Shown here: piece by piece, positions 31,912 through 42,745 of the stretch | How the letters are laid out: the number at the start of each line of letters is the position of its first letter | How positions within the stretch are numbered: the first letter of the stretch is position 1 | Source of the DNA: an uncultured delta proteobacterium | GTDB lineage: Bacteria; Myxococcota; UBA727; VGSZ01 | Reading direction: 5' to 3' | DNA: 64,000 nucleotides | Assembly: GCA_963775425.1 (NCBI GenBank) | Contig: CAVZJB010000005.1 | Location: forward strand, 1-64,000 | The notes under the pieces: generated by a model | What the model saw: the letters and a program-made list of their open reading frames with translations, nothing else | Told to the model about the DNA's origin: nothing | Database searches by the model: none | Translations under genes and position numbers: made by a program

Positions 31912-33948
31912 ATGAGCAGGGCGCGCCCACGCTTCGTCGAAGTTGCGCCGGTGTGGAGCGGGGACGAAGATCGCACCATGGGCCACGGCGCGCGCGATCT
32001 CGTCGCCGGCAAGTTCGAGGTGCTGCGCCGCATCGCTGCGGGCGGCATGGCGCAGGTGTTTCTCGCGGCCAGCCGGCCCGGCACCGCAGCGGCGGGGAGC
32101 GCGTCGTCTCTCGACGATTACGTCGTCCTCAAGATGATCCTCCCCGCGCTGACCACCGACCGGCGCTTCGTCGCGCTGTTCCTCGACGAAGCGCGCGTGC
32201 TGGCGATGCTCGACCACCCGAACATCGTGGCCGTCGTCGACGTCGGCTCCGCAGACGGCGTGCCGTTCATCGCGATGGAGTACCTCCACGGCCAGAACCT
32301 GCGTCACCTCGCCGTGGCGGCGAGGCGCCGCCACAACCAGGTTCCGCTCGACGTCGCGCTCGGCGTCGTGACCTGTGCGGCGGAGGCTCTCCACTACGCG
32401 CACACGCGCAGCGACCCGGAGGGCCGCCCGCTCCACATCGTTCACCGCGACGTCACCCCGCACAACATCGTCGTCACCTATGACGGGCGCATCAAGGTGA
32501 TCGACTTCGGTATCGCAAAGGCCGCTTCGCAGACGCGCGAGCCCACGGCGATCGGCGAGCTGCGAGGCAAGCTGCGCTACTTCGCGCCCGAGCAGGTCCT
32601 CACCGCCCCCGTCGACGCGCGCACCGACGTCTTCGCCCTCGGCTTGATCCTCTACGAGCTGACGACGCTGCGACGCGCGTTTCCGCAGAGCACGGAGGAG
32701 GCGGTGTTGATGGCGGTGTCCACGGGCGACGTCCCGGCTCCGCGTTCGTTCGCCGCGGACTATCCGCGGGCGCTCGAGGACGTGGTCATGCGCGCGCTCG
32801 CCACCCGGCCCGCCGACCGGTTTCAAACCGCCGCCGAGCTCGCCGCCGCCGTCACCACCGTCGCCGCCGACCTCGGCGCGCCCCGCCCGTCCCGCGAGCG
32901 CCTCTCGGCGTACGTCCGCGATCTCTTCTCGCGCGAGCTCGAGCGATCCGCGTTGAACAACGCACGACCCGGCGCCCGCACGGCGATTCGCGCGAACCCC
33001 TGGGCGCGTCCCAGCGAAGACGGGCAGCCGTCCACGGAGCTCGTCACGCACCTCGAGTCCGACCCCATCCACGACGCCGACACCGCGTTCGAGATCGACG
33101 AGGACGACACGGCGCTCGGCTACGCCTGGATGGCCGAGGACCCGCGCGACGCCGTCAGCGAAGACCCGCCCTTCGTCGACACCGGGGACGTCGTCAGCGT
33201 GCCGGCCTCGGTGGACACCGTCGACGGGACCGTGCCGGTCACCGAGCGCACTGCCACGCTCGCCTCGAGCGGCACGGCGCCGCTGTCTCGCCCCGCCGCC
33301 GTGCTCGCGGCCAGCCTCATCGCCGTCGTCGCGATCGTCGTCGTCGCCATCGCCGTCTCGCTGGGCGGCGCCGGCGGCGAGCGGAGCCTCGCGGACGTGG
33401 CGAAGACCGCGGACGCCGCAGACGCCGAGGACGCCGTAGACACCGTCGACGCAGGAGGCGCCCATGCAGGGGACGCCGCAGACGCCGTAGACGCCGTAGA
33501 CACCGTCGACGCAGGAGGCGCCCATGCAGGGGACGCCGCCGCCGCCAGGGACGCCGTCGACGTGGACGCCGCCGCCGCCGCCGCCGGCGCCGGTCCTGCG
33601 GGCGCGGCCGCGAGCGATCGCGCGTCGGCCGGGGGCGCCGTGGCGACGGACGCGGCCGGCAGAGCGCGCGTCGCGGACGACGAAGACGCCGGCGCGAAGG
33701 ACGACGGGAGCAACGCCGAGAAGCACCGTCGTCGACCGGCCCTTCCCCCGCTCGCCGACAACCCCACGCCGGCGGCGTCGGTGGCGTGGCTCGCCGCGAA
33801 CTGCCGGACGCGCGTGGCGTGCGCCGACGAGATGGTGGCCCAAAAGCGGGCGCTGAAGACCGCGGCCCTCGACGTGGTGCGCGCGTTCCCCGGCGCCGTC
33901 GCGCAATGCGTGCGGCAGTGCCTACGGTCGCGGGCCGTTACTCGATGA
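31912..33948 (+). CDS. Transmembrane Ser/Thr protein kinase
   Basis: AGGMAQV, VLK, HRDVTPHN, DFG, APEQ; TM helix; Ala/Asp linker; 4-Cys C-terminus; start uncertain (31912-31978). Confidence 0.92.
   Translation: MSRARPRFVEVAPVWSGDEDRTMGHGARDLVAGKFEVLRRIAAGGMAQVFLAASRPGTAAAGSASSLDDYVVLKMILPALTTDRRFVALFLDEARVLAMLDHPNIVAVVDVGSADGVPFIAMEYLHGQNLRHLAVAARRRHNQVPLDVALGVVTCAAEALHYAHTRSDPEGRPLHIVHRDVTPHNIVVTYDGRIKVIDFGIAKAASQTREPTAIGELRGKLRYFAPEQVLTAPVDARTDVFALGLILYELTTLRRAFPQSTEEAVLMAVSTGDVPAPRSFAADYPRALEDVVMRALATRPADRFQTAAELAAAVTTVAADLGAPRPSRERLSAYVRDLFSRELERSALNNARPGARTAIRANPWARPSEDGQPSTELVTHLESDPIHDADTAFEIDEDDTALGYAWMAEDPRDAVSEDPPFVDTGDVVSVPASVDTVDGTVPVTERTATLASSGTAPLSRPAAVLAASLIAVVAIVVVAIAVSLGGAGGERSLADVAKTADAADAEDAVDTVDAGGAHAGDAADAVDAVDTVDAGGAHAGDAAAARDAVDVDAAAAAAGAGPAGAAASDRASAGGAVATDAAGRARVADDEDAGAKDDGSNAEKHRRRPALPPLADNPTPAASVAWLAANCRTRVACADEMVAQKRALKTAALDVVRAFPGAVAQCVRQCLRSRAVTR
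33411..33540 (+). repeat. In-frame 60-bp tandem duplication in the kinase linker
   Basis: 33421-33480 and 33481-33540 are nearly identical (DAVDTVDAGGAHAGDAA x2). Confidence 0.9.
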
Positions 33949-34219
33949 CCTTCGGTACCTTCACCAAGCCGTCGTCGTAGCCTGGCCCGCCCGCGACCGC
34001 GGCGCGGCCGAGCACGGGCCGCGGCTCGTCGGCGCGGCGCGGCGACGCCTCCGCGAACGGCTGCGTCATCGGCTCCACGCCCTCGACGTCCACTGCCATG
34101 AGCTGCTCGACGTAGCCCACGACGCGCTCAAGGTCGTGCGCGAGGGCGTCGAGCTCTCCGGGCTCGAGCCGGAGGCGGGAGAGGCGCGCGGCCTTCTCGA
34201 CGTCGTCCCGGGTGATCAC
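33938..34219 (-). CDS. gatC: Asp/Glu-tRNA amidotransferase subunit C
   Basis: ITRDDVEKAARLSRL, L..VDVEGVEP, R.DE, KVPKVIE. Confidence 0.93.
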   Translation of the reverse strand: MITRDDVEKAARLSRLRLEPGELDALAHDLERVVGYVEQLMAVDVEGVEPMTQPFAEASPRRADEPRPVLGRAAVAGGPGYDDGLVKVPKVIE

Positions 34220-34226
34220 CGGCGGA

Positions 34227-36386
34227 TCATCCCGCGGCCTGGGAGGCGGGGAGGTACATGCGATCGAAGTACTCCTCGAGCATGCGGTGCGTGGAGAAGC
34301 GCCACATCGACGACGCCATGGCGTTGCGCATGATCTCCACCCACGCCTTGGGCACGCCGCGCTCGTCGCGCTCGTAGTACCGCGGCACGACCTCCTTCTC
34401 GAGGACGTCGTAGAGCGCGTCGGCGTCGAGCTTGTCCTGCGCGGCTTCGTCGGGGTTCTGGTCCCGGTTGCCGATGGCCCAGCCGTTCTTGCCGTCGTAG
34501 CCCTCGTCCCACCAGCCGTCGAGGACGGAGCAGCTCGGCACGCCGTTGGCCGCGGCCTTCATGCCCGAGGTGCCCGACGCCTCCAGCGGGCGGCGCGGGT
34601 TGTTGAGCCAGACGTCGACGCCGTCGACGAGGAACCGGCCCACGCGCATGTCGTAGTCCTCGATGACGAACACGCGCCCGCGGAAGCGCTCGCTGCGCGA
34701 CCTCCGGAACAGCTCGGCGATGACCTTCTGTCCGGGGCGGTCGGCGGGGTGCGCCTTGCCGGCGAAGATGATCTGCACCGGGCGCTCCTTGTTCCACACC
34801 AGCCGCGCGAGGCGCTCCTCGTCGTGGAACAGCAGGTGCGCGCGCTTGTACGTCGCGAAGCGCCGCGCGAAGCCGAGCGTGAGCGTGCCCTGGTCGAAGA
34901 AGGTCTCGAGCTCGCCGAGCACGTCGGGCCCCTCGCCCTGCCGGGACAACATCTTGCGCAGCCGCCCGCGCAAGAAGAAGAACAGCTCGAGCTTCTGGCG
35001 CAGGTGCCCCTCCCAGAGCTTCTGCTCCTCGATGCCGGCGATGTGCTCCTTGAGCTTGCCGCTCGACTCCTCCTGCGTGAGGTCCTCGAGGGAGATGTGC
35101 ATGTCCTCGCACAACCAGCGCAGGCTCTGCCCGAGCCAACTGCCCATGTGCACGCCGTTGGTGACGCCGAGGATCTCGCGGCCCCCGGTGACGGCCTTCC
35201 ACGTGGAGTTGGCGGTGCGCGCGTGGAGCTGGGACACGGCGTTGGAGGCCGTGGACATGCGAAGCGAAAACGCCGTCATGTCGAAGACGTTGGGGTCGGC
35301 GTGCTCGCCGCGCCCGAGCTCGAGGACGCGCTCGATGTCCACGGGGCTCTGGTCCAGGAGCGGCTTGGTCAGCCGCCGCACGAGGTTGGCGTCGAACTTC
35401 TCGTTGCCCGCGCTGACCGGCGTGTGGATGGTGAACACGGCGGAGCCGCGCACCTTCTCGAGGGCGGTCTCGTAGGGAACGCCCGCGCGCGTCATCTCGC
35501 GGAGGCGCTCGACGATCATGAACGCCGAGTGCCCCTCGTTGAGGTGCCACACCGACGGCTCGATGCCGAGCGCGCGCAGCGCGCGGACGCCGCCGATGCC
35601 GAGGACCAGCTCCTGATGCAGGCGCATGTCGCGCCCGCGCACGTACAGCTGCGCGGTGATGGAGCGGTCGGCCCAGGCGTTCTCGGCGGTGTCGGTGTCG
35701 AGGAGCAGGAGGGGCACGCGGCCGACGCGAGCCACCCAGACCGCCACGCGCACGTTGCGGCCCGGCAGCTCGACGGTGATCTCGAGCGGCCGACCGGAGC
35801 GCGGGTCCTCGACGCGCGACAGCGGCGCCTTGTCGGGCTCGAGCATCGGGTAGGCGTGCTCTTGCATGCCCTCGGCGTCGATGGTCTGCCGGAAGTAGCC
35901 CTGCCGGTACAAGAGGCCGACGGCGACGAAGGGCAGGCCCATGTCGCTCGCCGTCTTCAGGTGGTCGCCGGCGAGGACGCCGAGGCCGCCGGAGTAGATC
36001 TGCAGGTGCTCGTGCAGGCCGTACTCGGCGCAGAAGTACGCGATGGGGCCGTTCATCCCCTCGGCGTTCTTGCGGCCGAACCAGTGCAGGTCCGTGTCGC
36101 TCATGTACGCGTCGAACGCGGCCATGACCGTCTCGTACTCGGCCATGAACTCGGGGTTGTCGAGGATGTCGCTCCAGTCCGTGCGCGCCTGCAGGACCGG
36201 GACCGGGTTGCGCGCGTGCTGCCAGGCGTGGGCGTCGACGCGCTTGAACAGCGAGATCACGCGGGGGTGCCACGACCAGTAGAGGTTGTAGGCGAGGCGG
36301 CGCAGCCCCTCGAGCCGGGCCGGCAGCGGGGAGTGCACCACGGGGTGCGCGGAGATCTGCGAGGTCGGGAGGTGCGTCAGGGCCAT
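34227..36386 (-). CDS. glgP: Alpha-glucan (glycogen) phosphorylase
   Basis: YSGGLGVLAGD, HLNEGH, TNGVH, FARRFATYKR, EASGTSGMK (PLP Lys), LDGWW. Confidence 0.96.
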   Translation of the reverse strand: MALTHLPTSQISAHPVVHSPLPARLEGLRRLAYNLYWSWHPRVISLFKRVDAHAWQHARNPVPVLQARTDWSDILDNPEFMAEYETVMAAFDAYMSDTDLHWFGRKNAEGMNGPIAYFCAEYGLHEHLQIYSGGLGVLAGDHLKTASDMGLPFVAVGLLYRQGYFRQTIDAEGMQEHAYPMLEPDKAPLSRVEDPRSGRPLEITVELPGRNVRVAVWVARVGRVPLLLLDTDTAENAWADRSITAQLYVRGRDMRLHQELVLGIGGVRALRALGIEPSVWHLNEGHSAFMIVERLREMTRAGVPYETALEKVRGSAVFTIHTPVSAGNEKFDANLVRRLTKPLLDQSPVDIERVLELGRGEHADPNVFDMTAFSLRMSTASNAVSQLHARTANSTWKAVTGGREILGVTNGVHMGSWLGQSLRWLCEDMHISLEDLTQEESSGKLKEHIAGIEEQKLWEGHLRQKLELFFFLRGRLRKMLSRQGEGPDVLGELETFFDQGTLTLGFARRFATYKRAHLLFHDEERLARLVWNKERPVQIIFAGKAHPADRPGQKVIAELFRRSRSERFRGRVFVIEDYDMRVGRFLVDGVDVWLNNPRRPLEASGTSGMKAAANGVPSCSVLDGWWDEGYDGKNGWAIGNRDQNPDEAAQDKLDADALYDVLEKEVVPRYYERDERGVPKAWVEIMRNAMASSMWRFSTHRMLEEYFDRMYLPASQAAG

Positions 36387-36410
36387 GCCGCCGCCTACGT
36401 CGACGTCGGC

Positions 36411-36441
36411 AAAAAGGGAACCCGGCGCAAAGGCCGGGTTC
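36411..36441 (-). terminator. Intrinsic terminator after tRNA-Lys
   Basis: 9-bp stem GAACCCGGC/GCCGGGTTC followed by CCTTTTT on the minus strand. Confidence 0.7.
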
Positions 36442-36456
36442 ACGTCGTCATCATCA

Positions 36457-36532
36457 TGGTGGGCCCGGAAGGAATCGAACCTTCAACCTCCGGATTAAGA
36501 GTCCATTGCTCTGCCAATTGAGCTACGAGCCC
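36457..36532 (-). tRNA. tRNA-Lys(CTT)
   Basis: 76-nt cloverleaf GGGCTCG...CGGGCCC-A-CCA; loop CT-CTT-AA; GGTTCGATTCC T-arm. Confidence 0.95.
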
Positions 36533-36675
36533 GTCGGAGCGACGCGTACACGTAGCGCACGCCGTGCCGATGTCAAGGGGAGCGCTCGCACCTGCCCCGG
36601 GCGCGGCCCGGTTTCGCACGGACGGGGGCCGCGGTTGCCTCGCCCGCGCCCGGTCGTGGAAGCTTCACGGCGAGC

Positions 36676-39600
36676 ATGAGCGGCGACGGCCAGAACCCCC
36701 GGGTGTTCGGGAAGTACGAGGTGATCCGACGCCTCGCGGTGGGGGGCATGGGCGAGATCTTCCTCGCCCGGCAGACGGGCATGGCCGGCTTCGACCGGCT
36801 CGTCATCCTCAAGAGCCTCCTGCCCCAGCTCGCCGACGACGCCGACATGCTCACGCAGTTCCTCGACGAGGCCCGCATCGTCGGCAGCATCAACCACCCG
36901 AACGTGGTGGCCTGCTACGAGGTGGGTGAGTGGGAGGGCGTGTACTTCATCGCCATGGAGTACATCAACGGCGTCGACGTCGCGACGCTCCAGAAGGCCG
37001 CCGACGACGCCGGCGTCCGCTTCCCCATCAACGTCGCCATGACCATCGCGCGCGAGGCCGGGCTCGGCCTCGACAGCGCGCACCACGCGCTCGACGCCGT
37101 CGGCCGCGCCCTCAAGATCGTCCACCGCGACATCTCGCCTCACAACGTCATGGTGCGGCAGGACGGCCTGGCCAAGGTCGTCGACTTCGGCGTCGCCGTC
37201 GCCGCCAACCGCCAGAAGAGGACCGAGGGCGGGCTGTTGAAGGGCAAGCTCGGCTACATGGCCCCCGAGCAGATCAAGGGCCAGACCCTCGACGGGCGCA
37301 GCGATCAGTTCTCCCTCGGCGTCATGCTCTGGGAGCTGCTCACGGGGCGCCGCCTGTTCACCGCCGAGGACCCCCACGCGGTCTTCATGAAGATCATCCG
37401 TGAGACGGTGCCGCCGCCGTCGTCGCTGATGCCCGACGTGCCGCCGGAGCTCGACGCCATCGTCTTGAAGATGACGGCCCAGGAGCCCGCCGACCGCTAC
37501 GGGCGCCTGGCCGAGGTGGCCGCCGCCCTGCGCAAGGAGCTCGATCACCGGGGCGCCCTCGAGACCGAGCCGTCGGACGCCGTGCGCGGGCTCGTCGGCG
37601 CGCAGCTCGCGGCCCGCGTCCGCGACCTCACGCCGGCGCCCGTGAAGATCCTCGGCATCGCCTTCGACGCCGACAAGCATGCGGCGTCGGCGAACTTCTG
37701 CCGCTCCTGTGGCGCCCAGGCCGTGAAGGGTGATCGCTTCTGCCGCAGTTGCGGCACCCCGCTGACGGCCGGCCGCGGCACACCGGTGGCCTCGCCGCCG
37801 CCCGTGCAGTCCACCGTCCCCACCGCGGCTTCAGGCCTCGGCGGCCCGTTCATCGACGACGACTTCGCGGAAGAAGCCGACGACATGATCGACGTCGCCT
37901 TCGACGACAGCACCGGGCCCTCCGAGGCGGCGTCGTGCATCGGCGTCGTGGACCTCACCGACGGCGTCGGCTCCCGCGCCGCGCCCGAGAGCATGCTGCG
38001 CGCGGTGTTCGCGCACGCGGAGGAGCTCGCGTCGCGCTTCGGCGGCACGGTGACCACCGAGGGGTCGCGCATCGTCGCCTCCTTCTCCGGCAACGGCCGC
38101 GCCGCCCGCAGCAGCATCGCGTTCGCCCGGCGCGCCGGGGTGCTCGCCACGCGCGCCCATCGCGATCTGCGCATGCGCGCGGGCGTGGGCGCGGCGCCGG
38201 GCATCGCGCACGGCGACACCAGCGCGCGGGAGGACGCCGAGCGCGCCGTCAACCGCGCCCGCTCCGGCACGGTCCTGGTCAGCGCGCGCGCCCGGCGGCT
38301 CGCCAACGTCGCGCAGGCGTACGGACCGGCGATCACCATCCCGGCGGCCACCAACCAACGCGAGGAGCTCGTGGTCCACGAGCTCCCGCCGCCGCCGCGG
38401 ATGGCCGGGCGCGCCGGCGAGCGCATCGTCGTCGAGCAGGCGGTGGCGGCCGCCGACGTCGCGCGCGCACAGCAGCACCTGATCCTCGGCGAGGCGGGGC
38501 TCGGCAAGACCACGCTCCTCGACGTCATCGACGCCGAGGCCCGCGACCGCGGCTTCGTGATCGCGCGCGCCCGGTGCGGCCGCGCCCGCGGCGCCCTGCG
38601 CTACGACGTCATCCGCCAGATCGTGAAGAGCGCGTGCCTCGAGATGCACGCGGTCACCGGCAGCGAGGCGCCGTGGCATCAGGCGCTCGACGGCCTCTCG
38701 CTGCTGCCCGCCGACCGCGCGCGCATCGTCGCGCTCGTCGACGACGAGCCGCACGAGGACGAGGCGGTGCCCCTGTCGCGCCGTCGGCTCTTGCTGCGGG
38801 CGGCGCTCCTCGGGTTCTTCGCGGCGCTCGCAGCGCGCAAGGGCCTGTGCGTCCTCGTCGACGACGTGCACAAGGGCGACGCGTCGTCGCTCGAGCTGCT
38901 GGCGGAGATCGCTGCCCGGCTGCACGCGTCGCGCTTCGCGGTCTTCGGCACGAGCCGGCCGATGCAGGGGGAGCGCGTCCTGCCGCTCGCGCGCCGGGTG
39001 GTGCTCGAGCCGCTCGAGCCCAAGGAGGCTGCGCAGGTCGCTTCGTTCGCGGTGGGCGGCGCGCTCGACGACGGCGTCGCCGACCTCATCGCCGAGCACT
39101 CGGGCGGAAACGCCCTCGTGGCGTCGCTCCTCGCCCGCCACCTCGTGGCGATGAAGCTCCTGTCGGTGTCGCACGGCGGCGTGCGGGCGAGCCCGGACCT
39201 CGCGCACTACCCGCTGCCGCCGACGCTCGAGGTGTTGCTGTTCGCCGCGCACGCGCTGCTGCCGCCGACCGTCCTGGCGCGCGACGCCCTCGTCGCCGGC
39301 GCGCAGATCGGGTGCGTGTTCGACGCGGACGAGGTCGCGATCATGCTCGGCGCGGAGGCGCCCGCGGTGCGGGAAGCGCTCTCGGCGTGCGCGCAGCAGG
39401 GCGCGCTCGTCGACGAGGGCGCCGGGCGCTTCTCGTTCCCCTCGCTGTCCGAGCGGGAGATCGTCGCGGCGCGCGCCGACCCCGCCGTGGCGCGCACGTG
39501 GCACGAGCGCCTGGCAGGGGCCCTCGAAGAGCGCGCGCAACACAAGGGCCGCAAGGCCGTCGAGCTCGAGGAGCGGCTGGTGCTTCACTGGGTCGCCGCC

Positions 39601-40533
39601 GACGACAGGGCCCGCGCCGCGGTCGCCGCCGAGAACGCCGCGGACGGCTGGGCGCGCCTCGGCGCCGCCGACGCCACGGCCGAGTACTACCGGCGCGCGC
39701 TGCACACGCAGTGGAAGTCGTTGGCGGCGCACCCGGCGAGCGACGTCGTCGACGAGAGCTGGGCCAAGGCGGCGCTCGGGCTCGCCGCGCGCGCGACGCT
39801 CGTCGTCGGCGAGGTCGACGCCGCCGGCGCCGTGGACCTCGGCATGCCCATCGTCCGGGCGCTGCCCACGCAGGCGGCGGTGAGCGAGCGTGTCGAGGCG
39901 CTGCGCGCGCGGGCGACCCTGCTCCTGCGGCTGCGGCGCCCCGACGAAGCGGAGGCCGTCCTCGACGAGGCCATCGACGGCTTCGCCGCCGTGGGCGGCC
40001 CCGAGCTGACGTCGTCGCTCCTGGTGGACGTGGCGGCTGTGTTGGAGCAGGCGGGCAACGTCGACGCCGCCCGCGTGCAGTTGCAGGAGGCCCTGCGCAT
40101 CATGGGGCCCGCCCCGGGCGCTCGCTCGCTCGACGCGCTCCTGGCGCTCGGCCGGCTGCACTTGCGAATGCGCGACAGCGCCAACGCGCGCGAGGTCCTC
40201 GTGCGCGCCGTCAGTGACGCCGAGAAGCTCGGGCAGGCGCCCGGCCGCATCGACGCGCTCGCGGCGTTCGCTGCTCTCGAGCACGCGGACAACCACCCGC
40301 AGCGGGCGCTCACGGCGCTCGAAGAGGCCACCCGCATCGCCGCCGACGCCGGCGACAGCGTCGCCGAAGCGCGGCTGCGCCAGCAGATCGCCCGCATCCA
40401 CCAGCAGACCGGCCACTTTCCGGAGGCCTTGGCCGCGGCGCGGATGTCGTTGACCACCGCGCAGCGCCTGGCCTGGGACGAGGGCATGGCGGTGGCCGGC
40501 CAGCTCGTCGCCACGCTCGAACAACGGGCGTGA
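36676..40533 (+). CDS. Ser/Thr kinase - double Zn ribbon - degenerate cyclase-like - STAND AAA ATPase - TPR protein
   Basis: Kinase ([21 protein letters not shown]); [15 protein letters not shown]; GEAGLGKTT Walker A, LVDDVH Walker B; C-terminal helical repeats. Confidence 0.9.
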   Translation: MSGDGQNPRVFGKYEVIRRLAVGGMGEIFLARQTGMAGFDRLVILKSLLPQLADDADMLTQFLDEARIVGSINHPNVVACYEVGEWEGVYFIAMEYINGVDVATLQKAADDAGVRFPINVAMTIAREAGLGLDSAHHALDAVGRALKIVHRDISPHNVMVRQDGLAKVVDFGVAVAANRQKRTEGGLLKGKLGYMAPEQIKGQTLDGRSDQFSLGVMLWELLTGRRLFTAEDPHAVFMKIIRETVPPPSSLMPDVPPELDAIVLKMTAQEPADRYGRLAEVAAALRKELDHRGALETEPSDAVRGLVGAQLAARVRDLTPAPVKILGIAFDADKHAASANFCRSCGAQAVKGDRFCRSCGTPLTAGRGTPVASPPPVQSTVPTAASGLGGPFIDDDFAEEADDMIDVAFDDSTGPSEAASCIGVVDLTDGVGSRAAPESMLRAVFAHAEELASRFGGTVTTEGSRIVASFSGNGRAARSSIAFARRAGVLATRAHRDLRMRAGVGAAPGIAHGDTSAREDAERAVNRARSGTVLVSARARRLANVAQAYGPAITIPAATNQREELVVHELPPPPRMAGRAGERIVVEQAVAAADVARAQQHLILGEAGLGKTTLLDVIDAEARDRGFVIARARCGRARGALRYDVIRQIVKSACLEMHAVTGSEAPWHQALDGLSLLPADRARIVALVDDEPHEDEAVPLSRRRLLLRAALLGFFAALAARKGLCVLVDDVHKGDASSLELLAEIAARLHASRFAVFGTSRPMQGERVLPLARRVVLEPLEPKEAAQVASFAVGGALDDGVADLIAEHSGGNALVASLLARHLVAMKLLSVSHGGVRASPDLAHYPLPPTLEVLLFAAHALLPPTVLARDALVAGAQIGCVFDADEVAIMLGAEAPAVREALSACAQQGALVDEGAGRFSFPSLSEREIVAARADPAVARTWHERLAGALEERAQHKGRKAVELEERLVLHWVAADDRARAAVAAENAADGWARLGAADATAEYYRRALHTQWKSLAAHPASDVVDESWAKAALGLAARATLVVGEVDAAGAVDLGMPIVRALPTQAAVSERVEALRARATLLLRLRRPDEAEAVLDEAIDGFAAVGGPELTSSLLVDVAAVLEQAGNVDAARVQLQEALRIMGPAPGARSLDALLALGRLHLRMRDSANAREVLVRAVSDAEKLGQAPGRIDALAAFAALEHADNHPQRALTALEEATRIAADAGDSVAEARLRQQIARIHQQTGHFPEALAAARMSLTTAQRLAWDEGMAVAGQLVATLEQRA

Positions 40534-40582
40534 CGCACGTTTGGCCTTCGCGGCCGCGCGCGGCTCCGGCTACGCTCCGCGC

Positions 40583-41545
40583 ATGAGCCGCATCTTCGAC
40601 GACAACACCCTCTCCATCGGACGCACCCCGCTCATCCGCTTGAACCGCGTGGCGGGCAAGGCGCGCGTCCTCGTGAAGATCGAGGGGCGAAACCCGGCGT
40701 ACTCCGTGAAGGACCGCATCGGCGCCGCGATGATCTGGGACGCCGAGAAGCGCGGGGTGCTGGCGCCCGGGCGGCGCGACGTCACCATCGTCGAGCCCAC
40801 GAGCGGCAACACCGGCATCGCCCTCGCGTTCGTCGCCGCCGCGCGCGGCTACCCCATCATCCTGACGATGCCGGAGACCATGTCGCTGGAGCGCCGCCGC
40901 ATGCTCAAGGCGTTCGGCGCCGAGCTGCACCTCACCGACGGCGCCAAGGGCATGAAGGGCGCCATCCAGCGGGCCGAGGAGATCGTGCAGGAACGCGCGG
41001 GCAAGGCGTGGATGCCGCAACAGTTCGATAACCCTGCAAATGTCGAAATTCATCGGACCACGACGGGGCCGGAGATCTGGGACGCAACCGACGGCAAGGT
41101 CGACATCTTCGTCGCAGGCGTCGGCACCGGCGGCACCATCACGGGCGTGTCGCGCTTCTGGAAGACCGACAAGGCCGCGCCGCTCGTGTCGGTGGCGGTG
41201 GAGCCGTCGACGTCGCAGGTGCTCGGCAAGATGAAGCGCGGTGAGGCGCCGGCACCCGGCCCGCACAAGATCCAGGGCATCGGCGCGGGGTTCAAGCCCT
41301 CCATCGTCGACCTCGACCTCATCGACGACGTCGTCACCGTCAGCTCCGAGGAGGCCGTGGAGATGGCGCGCCGGCTTCACCTCGAGGAGGGCATCACCGC
41401 GGGCATCTCGAGCGGCGCCAACGTCGCCGCCGCGCTGAAGACGGCGGCCCTGCCGGGGAACGAGGGCAAGACCCTCGTCACCGTGCTCCCCGACGCCGGC
41501 GACCGCTACCAGTCGTCGGTGCTCTTCGAGGGCATCGCGGTCTGA
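40583..41545 (+). CDS. cysK: Cysteine synthase A
   Basis: [36 protein letters not shown]. Confidence 0.96.
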   Translation: MSRIFDDNTLSIGRTPLIRLNRVAGKARVLVKIEGRNPAYSVKDRIGAAMIWDAEKRGVLAPGRRDVTIVEPTSGNTGIALAFVAAARGYPIILTMPETMSLERRRMLKAFGAELHLTDGAKGMKGAIQRAEEIVQERAGKAWMPQQFDNPANVEIHRTTTGPEIWDATDGKVDIFVAGVGTGGTITGVSRFWKTDKAAPLVSVAVEPSTSQVLGKMKRGEAPAPGPHKIQGIGAGFKPSIVDLDLIDDVVTVSSEEAVEMARRLHLEEGITAGISSGANVAAALKTAALPGNEGKTLVTVLPDAGDRYQSSVLFEGIAV

Positions 41546-41561
41546 CCGCGCCCGGCGGCGC

Positions 41562-42659
41562 TCATCGCCGCAGGGCGGCGTCGAGGCCGTCCCAGGGGCA
41601 ACCCTCGACGCGGCGGGGCTCGGCGTCGCCGCGCAGCACGATGCAGGTGGGGAAGACCTTCACGCCGTAGCGGCCGGCCGCGTCGGGGTCGTCCTCGTCG
41701 AGGATGCGGCGCAGGCGCACGCCGGGGTGCGCGTCGAGGAACGCCTGCAGGCGCGCGTCGGCGACGTGGCACGGCCCGCACCACTCGGCCGACACCTCGA
41801 GGATGGTCGGCGCGCCGTCGGCGAGCGCCGACAGCGGCGGGTAGCCGAGCGCTCTTGGCACGATGCGCTCGACGCGCGAGGCGCCCAGGTGCCGGCCGAG
41901 CGACGGACCGCCGCGCGCCACGGGGAAGTCCACCGCGACGGTGAACAGCGCGATGGCCTGCGGCCGGTCGAGCACGTCGACGCCGGCGCCGACGCCGACG
42001 CGCAGGCCCTCGAGCGCCGGCGGGCGCACCGACAGATCGACGAAGGGGCGCAGTTGCGCCCGCGCGCCGCCGGCGATGCCGGGGAGCGCGAGCGCGGCCC
42101 CGGCGGCGGCGTGGAGCCCGAGCGGCAGCGCCCAGCCGGCCTCGAGCGCCAGCGCGTTTCCGTCGAACGCGCTCTCGAGCGACAGCGTCACCGCCGGCCC
42201 TGCGGGCGACGTCGCGCGCACCACCGCCAGGGCGTCCGGCGAAAACGACGCGCGCCGCAGCAGCGACAGCGTGTCCCCCTTCGCCGTGGGCGAGGCCACG
42301 CCGAGCTCCGCCCGGCCCGAGACGACGACGTCGCCGGGGAGCCGCGCCGGCAGCGTCCCGTGCAACACGAGCGCCGCGCGCCCGCCGCTCAGGCCGCCCG
42401 CGCGCCCCGCCGTCGAGAGCACCGGCAGCACGAGCCGCGCGGAGGCGAACGCGCCGGCCACGGGCAGCGCCGCCTCGCCGTCGAGCCGCAACAGCCCCGC
42501 GTCCGTCGACGCGATGACGTCCGCGCCGAGACGAACCCCGCCCGGCATCGGCGCCGGCGGCCCGGCGTCGACGCCGACGCCGCTCGACGTGTGGACGCAC
42601 ACGGGGCAGGGCACGTCGACGGCGACGGCGAGCGCGAGGGCGGCGACGAGGGAGACCAT
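41562..42659 (-). CDS. Exported protein with C-terminal thioredoxin domain
   Basis: Signal peptide, CPVC, beta-strand-rich middle, SAEWCGPC and FPT cis-Pro motif. Confidence 0.7.
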   Translation of the reverse strand: MVSLVAALALAVAVDVPCPVCVHTSSGVGVDAGPPAPMPGGVRLGADVIASTDAGLLRLDGEAALPVAGAFASARLVLPVLSTAGRAGGLSGGRAALVLHGTLPARLPGDVVVSGRAELGVASPTAKGDTLSLLRRASFSPDALAVVRATSPAGPAVTLSLESAFDGNALALEAGWALPLGLHAAAGAALALPGIAGGARAQLRPFVDLSVRPPALEGLRVGVGAGVDVLDRPQAIALFTVAVDFPVARGGPSLGRHLGASRVERIVPRALGYPPLSALADGAPTILEVSAEWCGPCHVADARLQAFLDAHPGVRLRRILDEDDPDAAGRYGVKVFPTCIVLRGDAEPRRVEGCPWDGLDAALRR

Positions 42660-42712
42660 CGGCGCGCCCAGCGTACGTCGACTGCCGGCTCCGCGCGCGC
42701 CCCGGCCGCGCT

Positions 42713-42745
42713 GATCACCGACCGGAGGGAGCGGCCGCGGTGATC
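42713..42745. repeat. REP-like hairpin element, copy 2
   Basis: GATCACCG-accggagggagcggccg-CGGTGATC; compensatory stem change relative to copy 1. Confidence 0.65.

Noticed and set aside
33411-33540. 60-bp repeat and the GE tracts considered as CRISPR arrays
   Set aside because: They are in-frame coding tandem repeats with no unique spacers, and there are no cas genes in the window
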